Below, one piece after another: positions 18,665-27,679 of a stretch of 64,000 nucleotides of DNA (positions are counted from its first letter, which is position 1; each line of letters starts with the position of its first letter). Position numbers and translations under genes: made by a program. Under the pieces are notes generated by a model. The model made no database searches. It saw nothing but the letters and a program-made list of their open reading frames with translations, and was not told the DNA's origin. Source of the DNA: an uncultured Candidatus Saccharibacteria bacterium (GTDB lineage: Bacteria > Patescibacteriota > Dojkabacteria > JAOAGR01); the NCBI GenBank assembly GCA_964503755.1, contig CAZDBO010000001.1, positions 200,926 through 264,925 of the forward strand, given 5' to 3'.

Positions 18665-19793
18665 CCAAAATTTAGATAAAATTTTAGTCACGGGAGGACA
18701 TCTGACACCAGCTCAAGCTTGTATAGAAGAATTAATCACCAGAGGATATAAAAATATTTTGTATGTAGGACAAAAACGTACGATATTATTCGATAAAAAT
18801 TTATCAGCTGAGTATAAAGTAATTACATCTTTGAATTTAAAATTTATAAACATTATAGCGGGCAAATATTCTAGGTTTTTAAATTTTCATGCTTTGATCT
18901 GGTTTTTAAGGATACCTATAGGTTTTATTCATGCTTTGATTATTCTTTTATTGGAAAGACCAAAATTGGTTTTGAGTTTTGGGAGTCATGTTGCTTTACC
19001 TATTGTATTTTGGGCTAAAATTTTATTAATACCCGTTGTTACACACGAACAAACAGTTACTATTGGTTTATCAAATAAAATAATTCAATTTTTTGCTGAT
19101 AAAGTGTGTTATTCATGGGAAAATAATGAATACAATACTAGCGATAAATATATATTAACAGGTAATCCTGTGCGTAAAGCAATTAGAGATTTTGTCAATT
19201 CGATCAATAATACAAATAACAACAATAACCAAAACATTATTATTCTTGTCACAGGAGGTAATCAGGGAGCTCATATTATCAATCAATATATTTTCGATAA
19301 TATTCACACACTAATAAAAAAATATAGAATTATTCATTTAACAGGTTCAAACACTATTTTTAATGATTATTCAAAAGCTAAAGAAATAGAAAATGCTATT
19401 AATAAAAGCAATAATTTACCAAAATATATTGCTTATGACTACGTATCTGTAAATGAGATGATCGATTTTTATAGACAGTCCAATATATTAATCACTAGAG
19501 CAGGGGCAAATACAATAGGCGAAATAATAATTTTAAGAAAAAAAGCATTAGTTATACCGATAAAGACAACATCTGGAAATGAACAATTTTTAAATGCAAA
19601 ATTATTAGAAAAACTAGGATTAGGACACACTATCAATCAAGATGATCTATATCGAGTTGATTTGGAGAAATTAATAGATAATCTTTTACAAATCAGTGTT
19701 GATGAAGAAGAAATAGACAGTATATCGAGATTACACTTAAATGCTCACAAAAACATAGTTAAAATTGTAATAGAAATATTAGAGAAAGCATAA
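18639..19793 (+). CDS. MurG-like GT28 glycosyltransferase (possibly bona fide MurG)
   Basis: N-terminal ILVTGGHLTPAQA (compare GGTGGHVFPA) and C-terminal NILITRAGANTIGEIIIL (compare ICRAGALTVSE). Confidence 0.55.
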   Translation: MLKVKKKSDQNLDKILVTGGHLTPAQACIEELITRGYKNILYVGQKRTILFDKNLSAEYKVITSLNLKFINIIAGKYSRFLNFHALIWFLRIPIGFIHALIILLLERPKLVLSFGSHVALPIVFWAKILLIPVVTHEQTVTIGLSNKIIQFFADKVCYSWENNEYNTSDKYILTGNPVRKAIRDFVNSINNTNNNNNQNIIILVTGGNQGAHIINQYIFDNIHTLIKKYRIIHLTGSNTIFNDYSKAKEIENAINKSNNLPKYIAYDYVSVNEMIDFYRQSNILITRAGANTIGEIIILRKKALVIPIKTTSGNEQFLNAKLLEKLGLGHTINQDDLYRVDLEKLIDNLLQISVDEEEIDSISRLHLNAHKNIVKIVIEILEKA

Positions 19794-19807
19794 TAAGAAC
19801 ACTAATA

Positions 19808-20035
19808 TCATGTAGGTAATATTGTTTGGCTGTCGTCTAAGTTTTGAGATCCACATCTTGGGCATGTTGTATGTTCTGTGCTTCCCTCATATACATATCC
19901 ACAATCTTTACATATGATATGGTATATTATACCATTGGTTTGATTTACGTCGCTTGGTCCTTTTGACAAGTCTATTATACCCGCCATTATATCGGGGTCT
20001 AGCTGATAGCCTTGGTAGGTGTTTGGGTTTAACAT
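19808..20035 (-). CDS. small rubredoxin-like zinc-ribbon protein
   Basis: 75 aa with CKDCGYVYEG...CPRCGS, a rubredoxin-type CxxCG...CPxCG knuckle pair. Confidence 0.45.
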   Translation of the reverse strand: MLNPNTYQGYQLDPDIMAGIIDLSKGPSDVNQTNGIIYHIICKDCGYVYEGSTEHTTCPRCGSQNLDDSQTILPT

Positions 20036-20090
20036 CTTGTGTTTTTATTGATATATTTTATTAAAACTGATAATATTATCAAGTTTAATT

Positions 20091-20384
20091 ATGGCGTCTA
20101 CAAAAAATCAAAAAAATGATATTTTAAGTATGACTGATGAGGAAATAATTTCTACCTTTGCAGTGTCAGAAAAAGATACGGGTTCTCCTGAAGTACAAGT
20201 AGCTTTATTTACAAAAAGAATACAGAACTTGATTGAACATTTGAAAAAAAATAAAAAAGATATCCACTCGAGACGTGGACTTTTACAAATGATTGGTAAA
20301 AGGAGAAGAATGTTAGAATATTTAAAAAGGAAGGATGAGGCTAGATATAAAAAAATAATTGAAGCTGTTGGACTAAAAAGATAA
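20091..20384 (+). CDS. rpsO: 30S ribosomal protein S15
   Basis: 97 aa with ...[24 protein letters not shown]..., typical S15. Confidence 0.9.
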   Translation: MASTKNQKNDILSMTDEEIISTFAVSEKDTGSPEVQVALFTKRIQNLIEHLKKNKKDIHSRRGLLQMIGKRRRMLEYLKRKDEARYKKIIEAVGLKR

Positions 20385-20386
20385 CT

Positions 20387-22498
20387 ATGCAAAAAAATAA
20401 ATTTTCTTTCGATTTTTACGGTAAAGAATACATTATAGAGTTTGGACATATTGGATTTAATTCGGATGTTTGTTTTTTGCTTACTTGCGGAGGAACTTCG
20501 GTACTTTTGAATCTTGTTATTGGTAAAGAAGATACTACTTTAGATTTCTTTCCTTTAACAGTAGAATATATTGAAAAGCTTTACGCATCTGGTCAAATCG
20601 CATCTTCGCCTTACATCAAAAATGAAGGTAAACCAAATGATCATGAAATTTTAAATGCACGATTGATTGATCACGCGATACGTTCCTTGTTTCCATCTGA
20701 TTTTAGAAGGGAGGTACAGATAATATGTCAAGTTGTTTCTTATGATAGGATTGTAGATCCTGTTTTGATATCGATTGAAGGTGTTAGTTTTGCCGTGGTG
20801 TATTCAGGTCTTCCATTTTATGGTCCTTATGGTACGACTAAAATAGGATACAAATCAGGAGAATTTTTGATAAATGCCGATATATCTGATTTTGCCGAAT
20901 CAGAGATGGAAATGTTTGTTTCAAGTGTCGAAAAAGGTATTGTTTCCATTGAGGCAGATATTCATAATTTGTCTGAAGATATTGTTAAAAAGGCTATACA
21001 AATATCATTTGAAAAAAATCAATATTTGATAGATAAACAAAAAGAATTTGTCTCTTTATTTTCACCTAAATCAACTTTTGAAATAAAAAAAGAAGAAAAT
21101 CCATTCTTTACTATTTACTACGAAGAAATAGAAAAAAACTTTAAGTTAGATATTGAAAATGCTATCTATGTAAAGGATAAAAAATCTCGTGAGATAAATT
21201 TAAAGTCACTTTTTGAAAAAATAAAATCATTTTTTAGTGAGAAAAATTCTAATCAAGAGATCGAAGAATCTACTCTTAGGTTAGCATATGAAAAAATTCA
21301 AAAAAACTTAGTTAGAAATAACATAATTAATTATGAAAAAAGACCGGATGGTCGGAAATTAGACGAAATTAGACCGATAGATGTGCGGGTTGGAGTACTA
21401 CCATCTGTGCATGGTTCGGGGTTGTTTACAAGAGGAGAAACACAGTCATTGACCGTTGTTACTTTGGGAACTGATCAGGATGCATTAATTTATCAAAATT
21501 TGGAGGGAGATCTTTCGAAAAGATACTTTCATCATTACAACATGCCTGGATATGCAAATGGCGAGATAGATAGAAAAATAGGTTTTCAAAACAGACGAGC
21601 TATCGGCCATGGTGCTATAGGAGAAAAGGCTTTGAAAAATGTTTTGCCAAAATATGAAGAATTCCCTTATACCATAAGAATTGTATCAGAGATAGTATCT
21701 TCCAATGGTTCAACCTCCATGGCTGCTACATGTGGTTCGACATTAGCGTTGATGGATGCTGGTGTTCCTATCAGGGATGTTATTGGTGGTATTGGAGTTG
21801 GTCTTGTGTATGAAAGTGAAGACAAATATAAAATTCTAACTGATATTATAAATATTGAGGATTTTTTTGGTGATATGGACTTCAAAATTACCGGGTCTGA
21901 GACTGGTATCACTGCTATACAGCTTGATAATAAGCTTGCCGGTATTCCTATCAAAGTCATATTTGAAGCAATAGATAGATCACTACAGGCGAGAAAGTAT
22001 GTGATAAATTGCATGAAAAACAGTATAAGTTCACCTAGGAGTAAAGTTGCCGATAATGCTCCAAAAGTAAGAATAGTAAAGATAAATCCGGAAAAGATTG
22101 CTGAGTTGATTGGTCCTGGAGGAAAGAATATAAAGGATATTATTGAAAAAACAAGTACTGAAGTAAAAATAAATCCAGATGGTACAGTTATAGTTTATGG
22201 AAAAGATCAATTAGGGCTTGAAAATGCTTTGCATATGATACAGAGTGTAGGGTTTGTTTTAGATGAAAATAATGAATATCAGGCAGAAGTAGTACGTATA
22301 GAAGAATATGGTGCTATCGTGCGGGTTTTAAATACAAATGTATTTGGTCTCATACATATATCGACTTTTAATAATTCATCAGAACATAAGTTCGTAAAAA
22401 TAGATTTAAATAGAATATTTAAAGTTGGTGATATAGTTAAGGTGAAATATATAGGTAATGATGTCAAAGGAAGACCCAAATTTAGACTTGCACTATAA
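20387..22498 (+). CDS. pnp: polynucleotide phosphorylase
   Basis: 703 aa with two RNase PH domains, KH and S1 domains, in the canonical rpsO-pnp order. Confidence 0.9.
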   Translation: MQKNKFSFDFYGKEYIIEFGHIGFNSDVCFLLTCGGTSVLLNLVIGKEDTTLDFFPLTVEYIEKLYASGQIASSPYIKNEGKPNDHEILNARLIDHAIRSLFPSDFRREVQIICQVVSYDRIVDPVLISIEGVSFAVVYSGLPFYGPYGTTKIGYKSGEFLINADISDFAESEMEMFVSSVEKGIVSIEADIHNLSEDIVKKAIQISFEKNQYLIDKQKEFVSLFSPKSTFEIKKEENPFFTIYYEEIEKNFKLDIENAIYVKDKKSREINLKSLFEKIKSFFSEKNSNQEIEESTLRLAYEKIQKNLVRNNIINYEKRPDGRKLDEIRPIDVRVGVLPSVHGSGLFTRGETQSLTVVTLGTDQDALIYQNLEGDLSKRYFHHYNMPGYANGEIDRKIGFQNRRAIGHGAIGEKALKNVLPKYEEFPYTIRIVSEIVSSNGSTSMAATCGSTLALMDAGVPIRDVIGGIGVGLVYESEDKYKILTDIINIEDFFGDMDFKITGSETGITAIQLDNKLAGIPIKVIFEAIDRSLQARKYVINCMKNSISSPRSKVADNAPKVRIVKINPEKIAELIGPGGKNIKDIIEKTSTEVKINPDGTVIVYGKDQLGLENALHMIQSVGFVLDENNEYQAEVVRIEEYGAIVRVLNTNVFGLIHISTFNNSSEHKFVKIDLNRIFKVGDIVKVKYIGNDVKGRPKFRLAL

Positions 22499-22518
22499 TT
22501 ATGATAAAATAATCATAT

Positions 22519-22944
22519 ATGAAATTAAATTCAGCGTTAAATAGATTTTTATTATTTTTATTCCTTAATTTATTATCATTTGTTATAAGTATTCGTAATG
22601 TACTGGCTCAGGGAAATAATAATACAACTAATCAATGTCCAGCTAATGGTATTTATAATCCATTAGATCCTAACTGTGATAGAAACTTAAATCTAGGTGT
22701 GATATTTAATGTTATATTAAATGTAGTTCCGTTTATAGTAGTACTTATTGCTGTGGGATTTTTTGCCTGGGGAGCTATAAAAATTATGATTGCTGGTGAA
22801 GATAGTAATGCAAGAGAGAAAGGTATAGAAACAATGAGAAATGCAATTATCGGATTAATAGCATTTTTTTTTATTGGAATGATTCTTTGGGTTATATCAT
22901 TGATAACAGGTTTTAATATAGCATCATTTATTTTGGGTAATTAA
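22519..22944 (+). CDS. secreted two-helix hairpin membrane protein, paralogue A (VirB2/TrbC-pilin-like topology)
   Basis: 141 aa. Signal peptide (...RNVLA/QG), a Cys pair (QCPANG...NCD), helix 1, the cytoplasmic loop AGEDSNAREKG, then helix 2. Confidence 0.6.
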   Translation: MKLNSALNRFLLFLFLNLLSFVISIRNVLAQGNNNTTNQCPANGIYNPLDPNCDRNLNLGVIFNVILNVVPFIVVLIAVGFFAWGAIKIMIAGEDSNAREKGIETMRNAIIGLIAFFFIGMILWVISLITGFNIASFILGN

Positions 22945-22947
22945 ATT

Positions 22948-23523
22948 ATGCAAACCTCAACAAACAAAATAAAAACAATTAAAAAAATAATTAATTTGAT
23001 TTTCTTTTTTATAATTTCCGTACAGTTTGTAATTTATTTTAATAATGCTTTTACTGTTTTTGCAAATACAACACCGACTGATACGTGTGATATTAATTGT
23101 TTGAGACAACGACTTGGTCTTGTTGATGATCAAGGTAACAGTACAGTACAAGATACTTTTGGACTTTTAGAGCCTAGAGATCCAAATGATTTTATTATAT
23201 TAGTTTTTCAAATACTTCTTTATGCTGCACTAATTATTGCTGTTGGCAGTATAGTTTTTGCAGGATATAAGATTGCTGGAGCAGGGGATAACGCTGATGA
23301 GAGAAAAAAAGGTTTTGATAAGTTAGTTTGGTCAATAGTTGGATTTGTTTTATCTATTTTGTCACTTACAATTATAAATTTGATTTCATCTTTTTTTGGA
23401 TATCAATTTGATGGAAATATAACTGAACAACTTTGTAGAAATTTACAAAACTATCCTAATCCGGATCAGGAGTTGGTAGATGAATGTAACAGGAGGTATC
23501 CCGGTTCATTTACCCCACCCTAA
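22948..23523 (+). CDS. secreted two-helix hairpin membrane protein, paralogue B
   Basis: 191 aa. Signal peptide, a Cys pair (DTCDINC), helix 1, the loop AGAGDNADERKKG, helix 2, and a C-terminal tail with a second Cys pair. Confidence 0.6.
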   Translation: MQTSTNKIKTIKKIINLIFFFIISVQFVIYFNNAFTVFANTTPTDTCDINCLRQRLGLVDDQGNSTVQDTFGLLEPRDPNDFIILVFQILLYAALIIAVGSIVFAGYKIAGAGDNADERKKGFDKLVWSIVGFVLSILSLTIINLISSFFGYQFDGNITEQLCRNLQNYPNPDQELVDECNRRYPGSFTPP

Positions 23524-23832
23524 TACTAACACAAGAGGTGGAAGAGGTGGTATACCGACTATGCAACCGACGTAAAGTCTGTTTTGTTTTTCTGATATAT
23601 CAAATAGAATTGAGTGACTTTCAAGATTGTTTTAATATACAAGCCTCCTTTGTATATAGCAGTTATTTTACGTTATTAATATTGGTTATTTAAACAGGTT
23701 GAATATGTGGGTATAAGAATATAAATTATTTCTATCTGTGGTAAAATTAATTTGAAGTATTTTATATACGATGATTTGTAATACCAATGACAATTTGTTA
23801 GTCTTGTAATTTCAGAAAATCTAATATAAAAT

Positions 23833-24384
23833 ATGACTAATATGTCAAATCAAAACAAATTAAAACAAATAATATTTACTTTAATAATTTCTACTTTTTT
23901 ATTTGCTTTTGTCGCATATCCAGTAAATGCTCAACTTGCTAATGTTTTTCCAACACCATTCGGCGGAGACGGTAGATTGGATTTAGGTGCTATAGTTACT
24001 TTCTTTTTTAATATTGTGCTTTATGTAGCTTTGCTCTGGGCTGTATGGCATATTGTTTTGGCTGGCTTTACTATAACTAAAGCCAAAGATAATGCAGACG
24101 AGAGGAAGAAGGGTATAGATGCTATAATCAACGCTGTAATAGGTTTGGTGGTTGCTTTATTGGCTTTTGTCATAGTTAGCGTTGTTACAAATTTCTTAGG
24201 CGTAAGTGTTTATCAGCTTGAAATATCATCTGTACCTTGTACTGGAAGAACAGCTAATGGTGAAGTATTTCCTGGTTTCCACCCTCAGGGACAAAATGGT
24301 ATAGATTATAATACCTGTGCAACTAAGGATGGGAGAAAAACAGGTTCTGTAATACGTGGTGGTACGTCTATACCTAGACCATAA
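23833..24384 (+). CDS. secreted two-helix hairpin membrane protein, paralogue C
   Basis: 183 aa. Signal peptide (...PVNA/QL), helix 1, the loop TKAKDNADERKKG (identical core motif to paralogue B), helix 2, and a Cys-containing C-terminal tail. Confidence 0.6.
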   Translation: MTNMSNQNKLKQIIFTLIISTFLFAFVAYPVNAQLANVFPTPFGGDGRLDLGAIVTFFFNIVLYVALLWAVWHIVLAGFTITKAKDNADERKKGIDAIINAVIGLVVALLAFVIVSVVTNFLGVSVYQLEISSVPCTGRTANGEVFPGFHPQGQNGIDYNTCATKDGRKTGSVIRGGTSIPRP

Positions 24385-24431
24385 TGTTATATATTTACAT
24401 AACGTAAAATTTATTAATTGATTATTACTTT

Positions 24432-24508
24432 GAGCCATTAGCTCAGTTGGTTAGAGCACGGTGCTTATAACGCCGGGGTCGCTGGTTCAAATCCAGCATG
24501 GCTCACCA
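24432..24508 (+). tRNA. tRNA-Ile with anticodon TAT (UAU); body resembles tRNA-Ile2
   Basis: Acceptor GAGCCAT/ATGGCTC, D-arm TAGCTCAGTTGGTTAGAGC, anticodon stem CGGTG/CGCCG with loop CTTATAA, T-arm GCTGGTTCAAATCCAGC, then CCA. Confidence 0.75.
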
Positions 24509-24588
24509 CTATATTTAGTGGTTATTTATTTTATTCGATTATTTAAAATTTTAATTTATAGAAATATTCGGGTTTGTAATCATATTTT

Positions 24589-25134
24589 GTGTTATATTGT
24601 TTTATGACTGGATCTAATGTTCAATTTCTAGAATACTCACGTAGTACAAAAAAAAATGAATTTAACTTTAGATTTTTACCATCCAGTGACTTGTTGGATT
24701 CCAAATATTTTGAAAAAATAGATAAAGTTAGATGTATTGCTCTGGATACATCAAATAGAGTTTGTTTGGTTTCTTACAATGGAAGATATTGGATGTTGCC
24801 AGGTGGAACAATAGAAAATAACGAAAATCCCATATTAGCTCTCAAACGTGAGCTTAGAGAAGAAGCGGATATTGATATTTACAACTACGAACTGTTGGGA
24901 TTTTTGGAAAAGGCTATATTTAGCAAAAAATATTTTAAATACTCCAAGCATGTTGAGATGATTTTTATAGCAAGAGTTGCTAAAGAGTATCCTCAGACAC
25001 CTGATCCAGCTATAGGAATGACACTTAAGCGTGCTTATTTTGATTACAAAACCGCATTGCCAAAATATATGAAATTATCAAAAATTAATGATTACATTAT
25101 AAAATACATAGATAGCTACATAAAGGAAAAATAA
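24589..25134 (+). CDS. NUDIX hydrolase
   Basis: Nudix box ...LPGGTIENNENPILALKRELREEADIDI... Confidence 0.75.
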   Translation: MLYCFMTGSNVQFLEYSRSTKKNEFNFRFLPSSDLLDSKYFEKIDKVRCIALDTSNRVCLVSYNGRYWMLPGGTIENNENPILALKRELREEADIDIYNYELLGFLEKAIFSKKYFKYSKHVEMIFIARVAKEYPQTPDPAIGMTLKRAYFDYKTALPKYMKLSKINDYIIKYIDSYIKEK

Positions 25135-25135
25135 T

Positions 25136-25924
25136 ATGGCAGGACATTCGAAATGGGCCCAAATAAAAAGAAAAAAAGCAGCGAATGATGCTCAGAAAGC
25201 AAAAGAATTTACTAGAGTTTCACGCCTAATTACTCTTGCAGTTCAGCAAGGTGGACCGGATCCAGAATTTAATTCTTCCTTGGCATTCGCAATAGAAAAA
25301 GCACGTGAAATAAATCTACCGAAAGACAATATAGAACGTTCAATAAAAAGAGGACTGGGTAGCTCAAATGAAGGAAAATTGGAGACTATTGTTTATGAAG
25401 CATATTCGCCTGACAAGGTAGCGATCCTTATATTTTGCACTACTGATAACAAAAGTCGTACTTTGGGAGAGATACGATCAATTGTTGAAAAAAATGGGGG
25501 GACTTTTGCTTCAGCTGGATCTGTTAGTTGGCAATTTGATACTGTGGGTTTTATTTTTGTACCATTTGGAGAAAATAATAATGATGAAAAAAGTTGGAAT
25601 AAAGTCGGTGAAAAAAGGTATTTAGAAAAAAATAGCGCAGAAAAGTTTGTACTAGCTTTAATGGAGTATAATGGTATTTTAGATATATCTATATTAGATG
25701 ATGGAGTACAAATAATAACAGATTTTCAATCTTTGAATGAAACTAGAAACAATATAATTAAGCAACATGGATTCTATATTGATACTGCAGAGGAAAATCG
25801 TACACCAAATGTAACTATTGGGATAAATAAAGAACAGTTTGATAGATTAGAGGGTCTTATAGAAAAATTAGAGATGCACGATGATGTACAGAAAGTATGG
25901 CATAATGGAGTGTTGGTTGAATAA
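25136..25924 (+). CDS. yebC: YebC/PmpR family DNA-binding transcriptional regulator
   Basis: 262 aa, MAGHSKWAQIKRKKAANDAQKAKEFTRVSRLITLAVQQGG... Confidence 0.88.
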   Translation: MAGHSKWAQIKRKKAANDAQKAKEFTRVSRLITLAVQQGGPDPEFNSSLAFAIEKAREINLPKDNIERSIKRGLGSSNEGKLETIVYEAYSPDKVAILIFCTTDNKSRTLGEIRSIVEKNGGTFASAGSVSWQFDTVGFIFVPFGENNNDEKSWNKVGEKRYLEKNSAEKFVLALMEYNGILDISILDDGVQIITDFQSLNETRNNIIKQHGFYIDTAEENRTPNVTIGINKEQFDRLEGLIEKLEMHDDVQKVWHNGVLVE

Positions 25925-26186
25925 GCTTTTGCCGAACAAAAATCTAAAATTTTTATAGCATTGTATTTATATTTTCTAAATATTCTTTGATTCTTGATCT
26001 TTCAAGATTTCTTCATTTTCTAATTTTTAAATTATATTAAATATCATGCGAAATCATACATTAGCAGTAGATTTTTATTTAATCTATAAATAAAGGATTA
26101 TTGGACTAATAAGGTACTAATTTAGATTGTTTTAGTGGATCAATGAATTATTATAATTACTACAAAATTTATTGTCTCTCGAAAAT

Positions 26187-27641
26187 TTATATATCTTGAT
26201 AAAGCTTTAATGCTTTTTCCCTCGCTTTTTTGTGATTTACTATGGGATGAGGATAATCTAATTTTAATATTTTTCTTTCATTTTCACTCATTTCAGGTAG
26301 ATTGTGAATTGTTTCGGGTGACAAATCGGCTAATTCTCTCACATATTTTTTTATAGATTTACATTCTGCATCAAATTTTTTTGATTGTTCTACTGGATTG
26401 TAAATGCGGAAATAAGGTGCTGCATCTGTACCAACTCCGGCCGTCCATTGCCAACCGCCGTTATTTGAGGATAAATCATAATCAATTAGTTTAGATTGAA
26501 AATATTTTTCTCCCCATCGCCAATCTATATGCAAGTCTTTACATAAAAATGACGCCACTATCATTCTACCTCTATTATGCATCCAACCTTCTTCGTTGAG
26601 TTGACGCATACAAGCATCTACTATTGGATAGCCGGTTTTTCCTTTACTCCAAGCTTCAAACTTTTCCTTATCATTTTCCCATTTTATGTTATCGAATTTC
26701 TGCTGAAATGATCGTTTTGTCACAAAAGGATGAGTGTCTAAAATGTATTTATAAAACTCTCGCCAAATTATTTCTGATAAATAATGTTCTATTCCTGCAA
26801 GATTTGTATTTTGAAATTTTCTAAAATTAAAAAATTCATCACCAAGTATTTTTATGCATTCATGGGCTATTTGATGTGGAGATATACAACCAAATTTTAG
26901 ATGAGCTGATAATTTTGACGTTCCATCTTCTGACAGAAAATCTCTTTTTAATTTATATTCTTTGATTTTATTTCTAAAAAATTCATTCCATATAATTTGA
27001 GCCTGTGTCTCTCCACCTATAAAAATATTACTTTTTTCACGTTCATCAATAAGTTCGGATAAATTATGTATTGTTGGTATTTTTAATTTATTTAATAAAT
27101 CTGTAAATTCTTTTATTTTAATTTGGTTACAGAAATTAGATGAGTAGTCTAAATCTATAAGTGATAAGTTGTGATATAACTTGTTTAGCCATTCAATTTT
27201 ATATCTAGTAAAGACTTTGATTGGTTGATGGTCTTTTGCTTCAATTTTTTCTGTGTTTTGGTCAAAAATGACATTAGAACAATAGCTTTTTAGTTTATTT
27301 TCTAACAAATCATTTATTTTATTGTCTCTGTTTTTAGCGTAGGGAGAATAATCACGAGACACATGTATCGAATTTATATAGTCCTTAAAGATTTTGAAAA
27401 ATTCAATTGGATCATAATCAATGACTATTAAATCTGAATCGACAATACGGAGTTGGTTTTGTATATCAATCAGCGACTCAAATAAAAAATTATTTCTTTT
27501 TTTGCAACTGTATTTATCATTTAATAATTTATTATCTAATATAAAAATTGGTATTAGGTTTTCGTGCTGTTTACTTGCTTCGAATATAGTTCTATTGTAC
27601 TTTAACCTTAAATCGTTTCTAAACCAAATTATATTAAACAT
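26187..27641 (-). CDS. phr: deoxyribodipyrimidine photolyase / cryptochrome family
   Basis: 484 aa with an N-terminal photolyase domain (IIWFRNDLRL) and the FAD-binding motifs ...WREFY... and ...GWMHNRGRMIVASFL... Confidence 0.82.
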   Translation of the reverse strand: MFNIIWFRNDLRLKYNRTIFEASKQHENLIPIFILDNKLLNDKYSCKKRNNFLFESLIDIQNQLRIVDSDLIVIDYDPIEFFKIFKDYINSIHVSRDYSPYAKNRDNKINDLLENKLKSYCSNVIFDQNTEKIEAKDHQPIKVFTRYKIEWLNKLYHNLSLIDLDYSSNFCNQIKIKEFTDLLNKLKIPTIHNLSELIDEREKSNIFIGGETQAQIIWNEFFRNKIKEYKLKRDFLSEDGTSKLSAHLKFGCISPHQIAHECIKILGDEFFNFRKFQNTNLAGIEHYLSEIIWREFYKYILDTHPFVTKRSFQQKFDNIKWENDKEKFEAWSKGKTGYPIVDACMRQLNEEGWMHNRGRMIVASFLCKDLHIDWRWGEKYFQSKLIDYDLSSNNGGWQWTAGVGTDAAPYFRIYNPVEQSKKFDAECKSIKKYVRELADLSPETIHNLPEMSENERKILKLDYPHPIVNHKKAREKALKLYQDI

Positions 27642-27679
27642 AAATTTTGTTTTTTAATGTATAATCGTAAAGATTATAT

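Noticed and set aside
22519-24384. Interpreting the hairpin-protein triplet as type IV (PilA-like) pilins or Flp pilins
   Set aside because: There is no prepilin-peptidase leader, neither a G/FTLIE-type class III signal nor a G/XXXXEY Flp motif. They carry ordinary Sec signal peptides with an AxA-type cleavage site and two internal hydrophobic helices.
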